Source: Patescibacteria group bacterium
Lineage (GTDB): Bacteria; Patescibacteriota; Minisyncoccia; Phycocordibacterales; UBA12079
Length of the DNA stretch: 64,000 nucleotides
Direction of reading: 5' to 3'
NCBI GenBank assembly: GCA_034661035.1
Contig: JAYEKM010000008.1
Location: 11,677 to 75,676, forward strand
In this document: one piece after another, positions 16,780-26,755 of the stretch
Layout: each line of letters begins with the position of its first letter
Position numbering within the stretch: the first letter of the stretch is position 1
Notes under the pieces: model-generated
Databases searched by the model: none
Told to the model about the DNA's origin: nothing
The model's input: the letters and a program-made list of their open reading frames with translations, nothing else
Position numbers and translations under genes: made by a program

Positions 16780-19161
16780 TCAAATAACTATATTAAAAAT
16801 CTTGTTTTTTATATAAATACTCTTTTTAACCTCTTGACCGTCCAACCACTTTTGAACCCGTAAATCTGAGAGGACTTTGTCTTTTACCTCCTTCTCGGAA
16901 TCCTCGTCCCTAACCTCAATTTCAGCCCTTACTTTACCGTTTATTTGAACAGCTACTGTGTAAAGATCATCCTTAGCTAGCTTCTCGTCATAGGCTGGCC
17001 ACTTTTCCAGATGGATAGAAGAATCATGACCTAGGCTATTCCAAATCTCTTCTGTTATGTGAGGTGTAAATGGTGATAATATCCTCAAAAACTTTTCAAA
17101 ATCTTTTTGAGAGATCTGAGAAGTTTTTACCACCTTCATGAATTTCATCATTTCAGAAACAGCCGTATTATATTTCAATCCATTGATATCATTTCCAACT
17201 TTTCTGATAGTCTTATGTAAAACGTTCTGAACTTCTTGAGAAGTCGTTTCTTCTAATTTTTCTCTTTGATAAAAAACTTTTTCCAAAAACCGATAGACTC
17301 CAACAATATTATCTTCATTCCACATTACTTCATCCTCCAAAGGTGTTGCAAAAAGTATGTAAGTTCTAACCGAGTCTGCACCAAATCTTTCTACCATCTC
17401 ATTAGGATTCACTACATTCCCTTTTGACTTAGACATTTTCTTCCCTTCTCCATCTAGAATCATCCCTTGATGTCTTAATTTCAAAAAAGGTTCATTGAAA
17501 TCTAACAATCCAATTTTGTTCATCGCTTTAACAAAAAATCGTGAAAATAAAAGATGCATATAAGTATGTTCTGCTCCACCAATATACAAATCAACCGGCA
17601 ACCATTTTTTACGATCTTCCGAACAAAATTCTCTTTCATTATGAACATCAGGATATCTCAAAAAATACCATGACGAATCTACAAAAGTATCCATCGTATC
17701 AAACTCTGGTGTCCAACCTTTCCCAAAAATTTTTTCTGTCCTCTCTCTCAATTCTTTTGATTTTTCTAGAGGTGATTTTCCTGATGGAATAAAGTCAACG
17801 TCGGTTGGCAATAACCAAGGTAAGTGTTCTTCTGGAATTAATTTAGCTTCTCCTTCTGGTGAATAAACAATTGGAATTGGGCAACCCCAATACCTTTGAC
17901 GAGACATAGACCAATCCCTAAGGCGATAATTAGAAGTCGATTCTCCTTCTACAAATTCTGTAATTTTTTGTTTAGCTTCTTCAGAAGTCATTCCATCAAA
18001 TTGAGTAGAGTTTACCAAAACTCCATCACCAGAATAAGATTCTTCTTTTATATCTCCACCAGAGATAACTTCTCTTATATCCAAACCAAATTTGGTAGCA
18101 AATTCAAAATCTCTTTCATCATGAGCGGGGACAGCCATGATTGCCCCAGTTCCATAACCACTTAAAACATAATCAGCAATAAAAATAGGGATTTCTTCTT
18201 TATTAGCTGGATTAGTAGCAAAAATTCCCTCTAACTTTACTCCTGTTTTATCTTTAGCTTCAATTCTATCCATTTCAGTCTTACTCTGAGCTTCTTTGAT
18301 GTATTTTTCTACTTCTTCCCAATTCTCAACTTTTTCTTTTAAATCTTGAACTAATTGGTGCTCAGGAGCCAATACCATATAAGTCGCTCCGAATAATGTA
18401 TCTGGGCGAGTAGTAAATACCTCTATTTCTTTTTCAACTTTAGACTTTGGACTTTGGACTTTAAAGACTATTTTTGCCCCTTCTGACTTTCCAATCCAAT
18501 TTTTTTGATTTTTTTTCGTATGTTCTGGCCAATCAACAATATCTAAATCATTAATCAGGTCGTCAGCAAATTCTGTAATCTTAAAAAACCAACTTGGAAT
18601 TTCTTTTTGAACAATTTGAGTTCCGCAACGCTCACATTCCCCACCTACTACTTGTTCATTAGCAATACCAGTCTGGCAAGATTCACACCAATTAATTTTA
18701 GAAGTTTTTTTATAAACTAAATCATTTTCAAAAAATTTAATAAACAACCATTGTGTCCACTTATAATATTCTGGTTCATAAGTAACTACTTTTTCATCAA
18801 AATCATATCGTAAACCTAAAAGCTTCATTTGCTTTATATAATTATCAATATTTTTAGCTGTGCTGATCTCAGGGGCAATCCCTGTTTTAATTGCATAGTT
18901 TTCAGCCGGCAAACCAAAAGCATCAAAGCCTTGTGGATGCAAAACATTAAAACCTTGCATGGTCTTAAAACGGGTAAACACGTCACTGGCTGTATAAGAT
19001 TCAGTATGCCCCATATGAAGACCATCTCCTGATGGATAAGGAAACATATCCAACATATAAAATTTTTTCTTAGTATTGTCCTTATCTATATTAACAACTT
19101 GGTTGTCTTCCCAAATCTTTTGCCATTTTTTCTCTATTTTTTTATGGTTATACTTTTCCAT
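16780..19161 (-). CDS. leuS: Leucyl-tRNA synthetase
   Basis: MFPYPSGDGLHMGH, FTTRPDT, GTGAIMAVPAHDERD, SRQRYWG, KMSKS, VQINGKVR. Confidence 0.98.
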   Translation of the reverse strand: MEKYNHKKIEKKWQKIWEDNQVVNIDKDNTKKKFYMLDMFPYPSGDGLHMGHTESYTASDVFTRFKTMQGFNVLHPQGFDAFGLPAENYAIKTGIAPEISTAKNIDNYIKQMKLLGLRYDFDEKVVTYEPEYYKWTQWLFIKFFENDLVYKKTSKINWCESCQTGIANEQVVGGECERCGTQIVQKEIPSWFFKITEFADDLINDLDIVDWPEHTKKNQKNWIGKSEGAKIVFKVQSPKSKVEKEIEVFTTRPDTLFGATYMVLAPEHQLVQDLKEKVENWEEVEKYIKEAQSKTEMDRIEAKDKTGVKLEGIFATNPANKEEIPIFIADYVLSGYGTGAIMAVPAHDERDFEFATKFGLDIREVISGGDIKEESYSGDGVLVNSTQFDGMTSEEAKQKITEFVEGESTSNYRLRDWSMSRQRYWGCPIPIVYSPEGEAKLIPEEHLPWLLPTDVDFIPSGKSPLEKSKELRERTEKIFGKGWTPEFDTMDTFVDSSWYFLRYPDVHNEREFCSEDRKKWLPVDLYIGGAEHTYMHLLFSRFFVKAMNKIGLLDFNEPFLKLRHQGMILDGEGKKMSKSKGNVVNPNEMVERFGADSVRTYILFATPLEDEVMWNEDNIVGVYRFLEKVFYQREKLEETTSQEVQNVLHKTIRKVGNDINGLKYNTAVSEMMKFMKVVKTSQISQKDFEKFLRILSPFTPHITEEIWNSLGHDSSIHLEKWPAYDEKLAKDDLYTVAVQINGKVRAEIEVRDEDSEKEVKDKVLSDLRVQKWLDGQEVKKSIYIKNKIFNIVI

Positions 19162-19217
19162 TTTTAGTTTAAAGTTACTCTCAATAATATCAAAACAAGT
19201 TTGTTATTACAATACAA

Positions 19218-19251
19218 AAAAAGAGACCTCGTACAGACAATGTACGAGGTC
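19218..19251 (-). terminator. Intrinsic terminator of small ORF
   Basis: GACCTCGTACA/TGTACGAGGTC stem + T-rich tail on minus strand. Confidence 0.7.
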
Positions 19252-19265
19252 AAAAGAGAGAGAAA

Positions 19266-19490
19266 CTACTCGATCTGAAGGATCCAAGGATCCTTCTTAG
19301 GGAAGGTCCGAAAATTACCAAAGTTATGGGCCAACCTGCCCGCAAAAGACCAAAAGCCCTCAAGGCTCTGCGTCATCTTCATCCCAGAAGCAATAACCCC
19401 CAAATTAGCACCCTTTCGGAAAAGGTTAATGGAACCATAGGTACTATTTCCTCTCAATTCATCGCCCGACTGCAATTCAACTTTTGCCAT
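19266..19490 (-). CDS. Small hypothetical protein (start MAKVEL)
   Basis: AAGGAGGG SD before ATG 19490, own terminator. Confidence 0.55.
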   Translation of the reverse strand: MAKVELQSGDELRGNSTYGSINLFRKGANLGVIASGMKMTQSLEGFWSFAGRLAHNFGNFRTFPKKDPWILQIE

Positions 19491-19589
19491 TTCACCCTCC
19501 TTGTTTGAAAAGAACAACTTAGCCTACCCTTGTAGCAAACTATGTTGAAAACTATATTAGATAAAAATAATTTTGTCAACTCCTGATGT

Positions 19590-20705
19590 TTATATTTTAA
19601 ACTCAATCACATCTCCATCTTGAACAATATAAGTCTTCCCTTCTGTTCTTATTAAACCTTCTTCCCGAGCTTTAGTTCTAGAACCAGATGCTAACAAATC
19701 TTGCCAATTAATGACATCAGCTTTTATAAATTTATCTTTAAAATCTGTATGAATTGCTGTACCAGCTTGAGGTGCAGTTGATTCCTTTTTTGTAGTCCAA
19801 GCTCTAGATTCATCTTCCCCTGTAGTAAAGTAAGTAATCAGATTTAATAATTCATAACCCTTTCTAATTAGAAAATCAATATCATCACAGGAACCTCCTA
19901 ATGTCTGTTTGTAATCAACTTTTTCATCTTCAGACAAACCATTCAATTCATGCTCAACCTGAGCATCAATTTTTATCCATTTGGAACCTTGCCTACCGAC
20001 AGGCAAGTTGCTTTTTTCTAAAAACTGCTCCACTTTCGTCCAACGAGGATCATCTGTCTCATCTAAATTCTTCCCACCCATTTTTTTGTTAAAAGCATAA
20101 AGAATTGGTTTCATGGTTAGAAGATGTAATCCTTTTATAATTTGATACTCTTCTTCGTCTAAATCCAAAGATGAGGCTAACTGACCATCACCAAGAACCT
20201 TTTCAAACTTAAGCAAAACGTTGTTTTCAGAAATAGCAACTTTATCCTGCCTTTTTACATCTCTTGAAAGATTAGCTATTCTCTTTGTAACAGTCTGAAA
20301 ATCTGCCATAACTAACTCTAAGTTGATTACTTCAATATCATCTATAGGACTAATTTTCCCATCTACATGAATAACCTTGTCATCTTCAAAAATTCGCACC
20401 ATTTCAATAATAGCGTCCACCTCTCTAATATTGGCTAAAAACTTATTTCCTAAACCCTCCCCCGAATGTGCTCCTTTAACTAGACCAGCGATATCAACAA
20501 ACTCAATAGCTGCATGGACAGTTTTCACCGAATTAGAGAATTTACTTAATTTATCTAAACGATCATCGGGAACAGAAACAACACCAACCGATGGGTCAAT
20601 TGTGCAAAAAGGATAATTTTCCGCTGATACAGATTTTTCAGTCAAAGCGTTAAAGAGAGTCGACTTACCAACATTGGGTAAACCTACGATACCAATAGAC
20701 AACAT
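19590..20705 (-). CDS. ychF: Redox-regulated ATPase YchF
   Basis: GLPNVGKST, NYPFCTIDP, DIAGLV, GLGNKFL, IHTDF, EGKTYIVQDGD. Confidence 0.98.
   Translation of the reverse strand: MLSIGIVGLPNVGKSTLFNALTEKSVSAENYPFCTIDPSVGVVSVPDDRLDKLSKFSNSVKTVHAAIEFVDIAGLVKGAHSGEGLGNKFLANIREVDAIIEMVRIFEDDKVIHVDGKISPIDDIEVINLELVMADFQTVTKRIANLSRDVKRQDKVAISENNVLLKFEKVLGDGQLASSLDLDEEEYQIIKGLHLLTMKPILYAFNKKMGGKNLDETDDPRWTKVEQFLEKSNLPVGRQGSKWIKIDAQVEHELNGLSEDEKVDYKQTLGGSCDDIDFLIRKGYELLNLITYFTTGEDESRAWTTKKESTAPQAGTAIHTDFKDKFIKADVINWQDLLASGSRTKAREEGLIRTEGKTYIVQDGDVIEFKI
19988..20007. repeat. 20-bp GC-rich palindromic element inside ychF
   Basis: CTTGCCTACCGACAGGCAAG (encodes LPVGRQG), variant of 33476-33495. Confidence 0.8.
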
Positions 20706-20829
20706 AATTAAAAAAAATTATAGATTTTAAATTATAAATTATAGATTTTTGAATAACTCAATTAGTTGGATTATTCAAAAGCCCTCCTCATAATAGCCAA
20801 TTTAAACATAAAACTCAACTCGAACGTCC

Positions 20830-20870
20830 CAAATAAAAAACGGAGAGGTTTAACCTCTCCGTTTTTTATT
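20830..20870 (-). terminator. Terminator after khpA
   Basis: AAATAAAAAACGGAGAGGTT/AACCTCTCCGTTTTTTATTT palindrome. Confidence 0.75.
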
Positions 20871-20892
20871 TACCTATTTTAAAAATTTAAAA

Positions 20893-21240
20893 TTACAATG
20901 ATTTCAAATCTTCAATAGCCTCATCAACACTACTAGCATCTTCACTTGAAGATTCCACTGCAGGTGCACTAGGCATAGGTCGGTTACTTCCTTCAGGTTC
21001 GTTGATTTTCAAATTAACACGAGAATTATTTTTCATTCCAACAACTCTTAAAAGAGTCCTTATGGCCTTAGCTGTGTTTCCACTTTTACCAATAATCTTA
21101 CCCATATCTGCTGGATCAACATCAAGAGTAATTAAAACTCCCATTTCATCTACTTTTCTATCAACTCTTACAGCTTCTGGATTGTCAACTAATTCTTTGA
21201 CAACATATTCCAAAAACTCTACATCTTTAATTTCTGACAT
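20893..21240 (-). CDS. khpA: KH-domain RNA-binding protein KhpA (UPF0109)
   Basis: LVDNPEAV, DMGKIIGKSGNTAKAIRTLL. Confidence 0.9.
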   Translation of the reverse strand: MSEIKDVEFLEYVVKELVDNPEAVRVDRKVDEMGVLITLDVDPADMGKIIGKSGNTAKAIRTLLRVVGMKNNSRVNLKINEPEGSNRPMPSAPAVESSSEDASSVDEAIEDLKSL

Positions 21241-21302
21241 AAATATTTATTAACAATAATTCATAATCTTGTAAAACAAAAGCAGTTGTCGACCACTGCT
21301 GA

Positions 21303-21481
21303 GAGTTTGTTCAGGACCTCACCGCAAATTAAAAAATAAATGCTTGTCAACTGAAATTTCGAAATTTTTGCTACAAATTGTCTTCTTTCCCTCAATATAC
21401 TTATGTATGTTTCGTCAAAAAAGATAATTTTCGCTAAAAATTTAGAAAATTTCAGTCAGACATGAGATCCCGAACAAACTC
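21303..21481. mobile_element. MITE-like non-autonomous element upstream of khpA
   Basis: 19-bp TIRs GAGTTTGTTCAGGACCTCA / TGAGATCCCGAACAAACTC (2 mismatches), flanked by TGA and TAA, internal inverted repeats, no ORF. Confidence 0.65.
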
Positions 21482-21587
21482 TAAAACAATTTTAACAAGT
21501 TAAAGAAAAAAATCAACACTCTTACTTTATTACGGCTATCGCTTTTTTTGAGAAATATTGTATAATTTCCACCAAATACAAAGGATA

Positions 21588-22940
21588 ATGCTGATTTTAA
21601 ACAAAAAAGAACCGATATTCCTTTTCATTGGCGATATTTTATTTTTTACCATAGCGCTTTGGTTAACTCTTCTCATTCGTTATGCAAAAATACCAAGTCA
21701 AACTTTTTTTACTGATCACCTAGCTCCTTTCTCTATTCTCTTCCTCTTCTGGGCAATTTCTTTCTTTATCGCAGGTCTCTATGAGAGACAAGCCCTAGTT
21801 CAAAGGAGATCTTTTTTCTCAATCATTATTAATACACAAATCGTTAATAGTATCGTTGCTATTATCTTCTTTTACTTTATCCCTATCTTTGGACTTGCCC
21901 CAAAAACTATCATTTTCATATACTTAATTATTTCTCTCATACTAATCCTCATCTGGAGAACTTATATCGTTCCCTCTTTAGGCGTTAAACACAAATTCAA
22001 CGCTATGTTAATTGGAAGAGGGGAAGAAATGAATAAAATCAAAAAAGAAGTAAATAATAATCCTTGGTATAATCTCCAATTCGTTTTAATTATTAACCTA
22101 GACAGAAAATCAAAAATAGATTTCCAAAAAGATATCCTCAACCCTATTTATGAACGCAATGTTTCAACAGTCGTTATGGATTTGAATGATCCAGAATTAC
22201 AAAAAACTGTTCCTTATTTTTACAACCTAATCTTTTCTAAAATTAAGTTTTTAGACATCCATAAAGTTTACGAAGATATTTTTGATAGAATCCCAATCTC
22301 TCTTATCAAATATCACTGGTTCTTAGAAAACATTAATTCTTCAAAAAGACACTTTTATTCTTTTTCCAAGAGATTAATGGATATCGTTATTGCCTTACCT
22401 CTAACCATTATCTTTTTCATAATTTGTCCTTTTATTTGGTTCGCTATGAAAACAGAAGATAAGGGACCTTTATTTTATTTTCCAGAAAGAACAGGTCGGA
22501 ATAACAGTATCATCAAGCTGATAAAATTCCGTACTATGACCCAGACATTAACAGATGCTAGTGATTGGGGAAAAGGTAAAAATAAGATTACTAAAGTAGG
22601 AGGGTTCCTAAGAAAATGGAGAATAGATGAATTACCTCAGGCATTAAATGTTCTGAAAGGTGATATCTCTCTCATCGGACCACGACCAGAATTTATGTCA
22701 GCTGTGGAACAATATGAAAAGAAAATCCCTCATTACGGAATCCGCCATTTAATAAAACCTGGTTTATCTGGCTGGGCTCAAATTTATCACAAAGAAGCTC
22801 CCCGCCACGAAGTTGATATTAAACAAACTAAGATAAAGCTTTCCTATGATCTATTTTACATAAAAAACCAATCATTTTTGATTGATTTAAAAATTGCTTT
22901 AAAAACAATTAAAACTCTTATTTCCCGTAGCGGTTCTTAA
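21588..22940 (+). CDS. Polyprenyl glycosylphosphotransferase (priming sugar transferase, WcaJ/WbaP-like)
   Basis: 4 N-terminal TMs, KRLMDI, KFRTM, DELPQ..NVLKGD.SLIGPRPE, KPGLSGWAQ. Confidence 0.92.
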   Translation: MLILNKKEPIFLFIGDILFFTIALWLTLLIRYAKIPSQTFFTDHLAPFSILFLFWAISFFIAGLYERQALVQRRSFFSIIINTQIVNSIVAIIFFYFIPIFGLAPKTIIFIYLIISLILILIWRTYIVPSLGVKHKFNAMLIGRGEEMNKIKKEVNNNPWYNLQFVLIINLDRKSKIDFQKDILNPIYERNVSTVVMDLNDPELQKTVPYFYNLIFSKIKFLDIHKVYEDIFDRIPISLIKYHWFLENINSSKRHFYSFSKRLMDIVIALPLTIIFFIICPFIWFAMKTEDKGPLFYFPERTGRNNSIIKLIKFRTMTQTLTDASDWGKGKNKITKVGGFLRKWRIDELPQALNVLKGDISLIGPRPEFMSAVEQYEKKIPHYGIRHLIKPGLSGWAQIYHKEAPRHEVDIKQTKIKLSYDLFYIKNQSFLIDLKIALKTIKTLISRSGS

Positions 22941-22972
22941 TTTCATCTAAATTAGATTATGTTACAATATTC

Positions 22973-23180
22973 ACCCTGTTAAATAACTTTAAATTTTACA
23001 GAAAAATGTTTTATGTATATGTGTTACAATCAAATGAAGACAAAAGGTTTCGTGCAGATTATACAAAAAATTTAAAGTTAAGATTTGACCGTCATAATAA
23101 AAAAATTTTATTTAACAATACAAAAACATACTATGGAAAAACATTTATTAGAAAAAGGGTCAAATCTTATTTAATAGGGT
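22973..23180 (+). mobile_element. TIR-bounded element carrying an internally deleted GIY-YIG ORF (23006-23182, 58 aa)
   Basis: ACCCTGTTAAATAA...TTATTTAATAGGGT; ORF MFYVYVLQS...TKNLKLRFDRHN...KTYYGKTFIRKRVKSYLIG aligns with both ends of the 53897-54160 protein. Confidence 0.8.
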
Positions 23181-23184
23181 AAAT

Positions 23185-23733
23185 ATGAACGAAAATATTT
23201 TTTATTTTTTCAGCAACTTAGTATTTAGAAACGAAATGGTTGATATGTTAATTGTCTTTTTAGCTGATTGGCTTATTTGGTGGATGATCTTTTTTGTGGC
23301 TGTTCTATTTTTTCTAAAAAAAATATCTTTCAAGATAATTTTGAAAATACTAACAGCGACATTAGCCGCTTGGTTAATTTCTAAATTAATTAAGCACTTT
23401 TACTTTAGTCCCCGACCTTTTGTCTTATTAACTGATATAAAAACACTTTTTACTCATGGGCTTAATGATTCTTTCCCGTCTGGTCATACAACTTTTGCAT
23501 TTGCCTTAGCAACAGCTATTTCCCTCTTTTCAAATTGGAAAACCGGTTTATTCTTTTTCGTTAGTGCAATCCTGATTGGACTATCCAGAATTACAGTAGG
23601 AATTCATTGGCCTCTTGATATTTTAGGAGGATTAGTTCTAGGAGTAATAATTTCTTCAATTTTTTATTTTTTGCAAAAAACAAAGGTGAGTCGATTTAAC
23701 GACTCACCTCAGGATAAAACTTCAAATGTTTAA
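23185..23733 (+). CDS. PAP2-family phosphatase (undecaprenyl-PP phosphatase-like)
   Basis: K...PRPF, SFPSGH, SRITVGIHWPLD. Confidence 0.92.
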   Translation: MNENIFYFFSNLVFRNEMVDMLIVFLADWLIWWMIFFVAVLFFLKKISFKIILKILTATLAAWLISKLIKHFYFSPRPFVLLTDIKTLFTHGLNDSFPSGHTTFAFALATAISLFSNWKTGLFFFVSAILIGLSRITVGIHWPLDILGGLVLGVIISSIFYFLQKTKVSRFNDSPQDKTSNV

Positions 23734-23763
23734 ACATAACAAGAATCCTTTTCTGTTAAAATG

Positions 23764-23886
23764 TTATTGACGTTTGAAAATAACTTTTTCCCCACACTCT
23801 GGGCAAACACAATGTACACATTTATCTTCCTCATGAGATAACACCAAACGAGTATTACATGCTTCACATCTTCTTCTTATAGTCAT
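23764..23886 (-). CDS. 40-aa zinc-ribbon microprotein (below ORF-track cutoff)
   Basis: MTIRRRCEACNTRLVLSHEEDKCVHCVCPECGEKVIFKRQ; GGGAGG SD; terminator at 23673-23709. Confidence 0.7.
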   Translation of the reverse strand: MTIRRRCEACNTRLVLSHEEDKCVHCVCPECGEKVIFKRQ

Positions 23887-24027
23887 AGCTCTTTCCTCCC
23901 TATCCCCATGAAAAAATTAAAGATCAACCTAAATTGATTATCTACCTATTTAGATATCTTTCAACTAAAGAAAGTGGATAACTACCCGTATTGTTTTTTT
24001 GGATTCAAACAGTTATTCTATATAGCA

Positions 24028-25554
24028 ATGAGAAATACCAAAGAGCTTATATCCTTGTTAGATTCCCCTGATAAAGAAGATCAGAAGATGATCATCAAGG
24101 CTTATGATTTTGCCCAAAAAGCTCACTCAAAACAACTACGTTATTCGGGAGAACCTTACTTTGTCCATTCTTACGAGACAGGGAAAAATTTAGCCTTATT
24201 AGGCATGGGAGCTATTGTCGTTACAGCTGGCTTATTACACGATGTCATAGAAGACGCTGATGTCAGTGAGGATGAAATTGAAAAAGAATTTGGAGAAGAG
24301 ATTCTCTTTCTAATCCAAGGAGTTACCAAGTTGGGTAAAATACGTTTCCGAGGACTAAAAAGACATGCTGAAAGTTTAAGAAAATTATTTGTAGCTTCTT
24401 CTCAAGATATTCGAGTAATCATAATTAAGTTAGCTGACCGTATCCATAATATGGAAACTCTTAAATATGTCCCCGAAGAAAAACAACTTCGTATCGCAAC
24501 CGAAACCCTAGAAATTTTTGCTCCTCTTGCCTACCGTCTAGGTATGGGAATCCTAAACAGACAGCTAGAAGATTTGTCTTTTCCGTTTGTTTATCCTAAA
24601 GAACATACAAGAGTACAGGAGATAATGAAGGAAAAAAATAATGAAGATATTGAACTATTAAAAAAAGTTAGTCAAACTATTATAAAAAGATTAGCTAAGG
24701 AAGGTATCACTAATATTAAAACTAGTTACAGAAAGAAAGGTTCTTATAGTTTATACAAAAAACTTGAAAGAAAAAGTTGGGATGTGAATAAAATCTACGA
24801 TATTTTTGCCTTGAGAATTATTGTTCCCACTGTTAACGACTGTTACAAAGCCCTTGGAATTATCCACGGATTTAGAAGACCGATGCCTGGCAGAATAAAA
24901 GATTACATTGCTTTTTCAAAACCAAATGGTTATCAAAGTATTCATACAACAATTTTCACAAGATTTGGAAATGTTGTAGAGATCCAATTAAGAACTGCTG
25001 AGATGCACGAAAAAGCTGAATATGGAATTGCTTCACATCTATCATACAAGACCAAGAAAATTGGGAATGGGTCAGGTTCATCTCACAATATTTGGATCAA
25101 AAGACTTTTGCCGAATATTAATAAATTAAATAAAAATGGGGGCGACAAAAAAAATGGGGGTTCTGCCGATATCCCTGTTTGGATTAAAAAACTAGCTGAT
25201 AGTCCAAATAACATCCATTCTAAAGAATTTGTAGAAGAGTTAAAAAAAGATTTCTTTGAACATAGAATCTTTATTTTTACCCCTAAAGGGGATGTAATTG
25301 ATTTACCGACTGATTCTAGTCCAATTGATTTTGCTTATGCCATTCACTCTGATATTGGTAACCACATGTCTGAAGCAAAAGTCCATGGCAAATTAGTTTC
25401 TTTAGATACTAAACTACAAAACGGAGATATTGTAGAAATAACAACAAAAAAAGGAAACTCCCCTACCCGTAAATGGTTAAACATGGTAAGAACAACCGAC
25501 GCCAAAAGACATATCAAATCATCTTTAAAAAAACGAGAGGAAGTTAAAAATTAA
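24028..25554 (+). CDS. RelA/SpoT family (p)ppGpp synthetase/hydrolase (HD+SYNTH+TGS, no ACT)
   Basis: RYSGEPY, LLHDVIED, KLADRIHN, KPNGYQSIH, EIQLRT, FTPKGD, DFAYAIH. Confidence 0.93.
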   Translation: MRNTKELISLLDSPDKEDQKMIIKAYDFAQKAHSKQLRYSGEPYFVHSYETGKNLALLGMGAIVVTAGLLHDVIEDADVSEDEIEKEFGEEILFLIQGVTKLGKIRFRGLKRHAESLRKLFVASSQDIRVIIIKLADRIHNMETLKYVPEEKQLRIATETLEIFAPLAYRLGMGILNRQLEDLSFPFVYPKEHTRVQEIMKEKNNEDIELLKKVSQTIIKRLAKEGITNIKTSYRKKGSYSLYKKLERKSWDVNKIYDIFALRIIVPTVNDCYKALGIIHGFRRPMPGRIKDYIAFSKPNGYQSIHTTIFTRFGNVVEIQLRTAEMHEKAEYGIASHLSYKTKKIGNGSGSSHNIWIKRLLPNINKLNKNGGDKKNGGSADIPVWIKKLADSPNNIHSKEFVEELKKDFFEHRIFIFTPKGDVIDLPTDSSPIDFAYAIHSDIGNHMSEAKVHGKLVSLDTKLQNGDIVEITTKKGNSPTRKWLNMVRTTDAKRHIKSSLKKREEVKN

Positions 25555-25587
25555 AAACCGTGAGGAATTACCCTCACGGTTTTTAAT
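25550..25587. terminator. Bidirectional terminator
   Basis: TTAAAAACCGTGAGG/CCTCACGGTTTTTAA. Confidence 0.75.
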
Positions 25588-25595
25588 TTTTAACT

Positions 25596-26222
25596 TTATT
25601 CTTTATCGAAAATTTTTTCAGGATTTTCTAACTTAATTCTTTTGTGATTCTCATAAGTTTCTTTCTTGTCCTTTTCTACTAATTTCAAAACTTTTTCAAC
25701 TAATCTTTTAGGATCAGAATCAAAAACAATATTATCATTTGGCCGATGAGCTTTTTCAATAATAAGTTGGATAATCTCATCTGTGGCCCAATCCCCTTCT
25801 AAAATACCCATTGGTTTTTCATCTTCAAAAGCAATGGTAAATTCGTGGATAGTTCCAACTCTTCCAGCAGAAATAAAAACTGCATCTACTGATTTGGTCA
25901 AAATCAAATCCCTCCCTGGATAACCAAAACCTGTATAAACAATCAAATCCATATACTCGGTCGGTAATTTGTAAGAATGTAAATGTTCATCCTCTGTGTC
26001 AGCAGGTGAGAACCCAATAGACATTCCCCCTTCATTTTTTGCCCCCTTAGCTGCCCACAAAGGCAAGCCTGTAGTAGCTCCTGTAACTAGAATACCTCCT
26101 TGTCTAATAATTTCTTTACCTAATTCTTCTGTCTTTACAACAGCATCTGGAGTTAAATGAGTTGTATCTGCTGAACCAGAGACACAAAGTTTAGGTTTCA
26201 AAAACATTCCTTTATCGTCCAT
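25596..26222 (-). CDS. LOG/SLOG family nucleotide-binding protein
   Basis: VTGATTG, GGMSIGFSP, YTGFG, GRVGTIHE. Confidence 0.8.
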   Translation of the reverse strand: MDDKGMFLKPKLCVSGSADTTHLTPDAVVKTEELGKEIIRQGGILVTGATTGLPLWAAKGAKNEGGMSIGFSPADTEDEHLHSYKLPTEYMDLIVYTGFGYPGRDLILTKSVDAVFISAGRVGTIHEFTIAFEDEKPMGILEGDWATDEIIQLIIEKAHRPNDNIVFDSDPKRLVEKVLKLVEKDKKETYENHKRIKLENPEKIFDKE

Positions 26223-26261
26223 AATATTTTTCTTATGAGCAAAGCGAATTAGAAAAATATT

Positions 26262-26335
26262 ACCCTGTTAAATCAAATTTTGTAAAAATTTGATTCATTT
26301 GAGTTTTAAAAACTCAAATGATATTTAATATGGGT
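26262..26335. mobile_element. 74-bp minimal member of the CCCTGTTAAAT TIR family
   Basis: ACCCTGTTAAAT...ATTTAATATGGGT with two internal hairpins. Confidence 0.6.
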
Positions 26336-26410
26336 TATTCCAAAAAACTACTAAGCTCCTATTTATAATCTATAATTAAATTTAAGTTAAAAGTCTATAA
26401 AGGCCAACGT

Positions 26411-26755
26411 CTATAAAGTCTTTATAAAACCTGATAATAATTTCGATATTTCAATCGATAAACTAAAACATTTTTCAAACTGTTCTTTAGATAAATACTT
26501 TAGCTCTAAAGCTAAATAAAGCATCGATCTTACCTCTCCACAGGAACCTTTTGCTATAAATAAAAAATGCTTAAACTCTCTATCCCCCTTCCTCTCAAAT
26601 CCTTCTGCAATATTGTTCATTACTGAAACAGAAGCTCTCTGAATCTGGTCTCTAAAGCTATAGTCCTTAGAATCTGAAAAACTTTTGTAGATACTGATCG
26701 TTAGGGTTCTTGCTTTCTGCCATGATATCATATCTTCAAATTTTTCAATTTTCAT
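26411..26755 (-). CDS. Four-helix-bundle protein (23S rRNA IVP/bAvd-like, TIGR02436); start MKIEKFED
   Basis: FEDM.SWQKA, DQIQRASVSVMNNIAEGFER, FLFIAKGSCGEVRSML. Confidence 0.92.
   Translation of the reverse strand: MKIEKFEDMISWQKARTLTISIYKSFSDSKDYSFRDQIQRASVSVMNNIAEGFERKGDREFKHFLFIAKGSCGEVRSMLYLALELKYLSKEQFEKCFSLSIEISKLLSGFIKTL

Noticed and set aside
23973-23981. DnaA-box-like AGTGGATAA upstream of relA/spoT
   Set aside because: Single 8/9 match, no cluster of boxes, no dnaA nearby
26411-26755. Diversity-generating retroelement suggested by the bAvd-like fold
   Set aside because: No reverse transcriptase and no template/variable repeat pair with adenine-specific mismatches seen in the window
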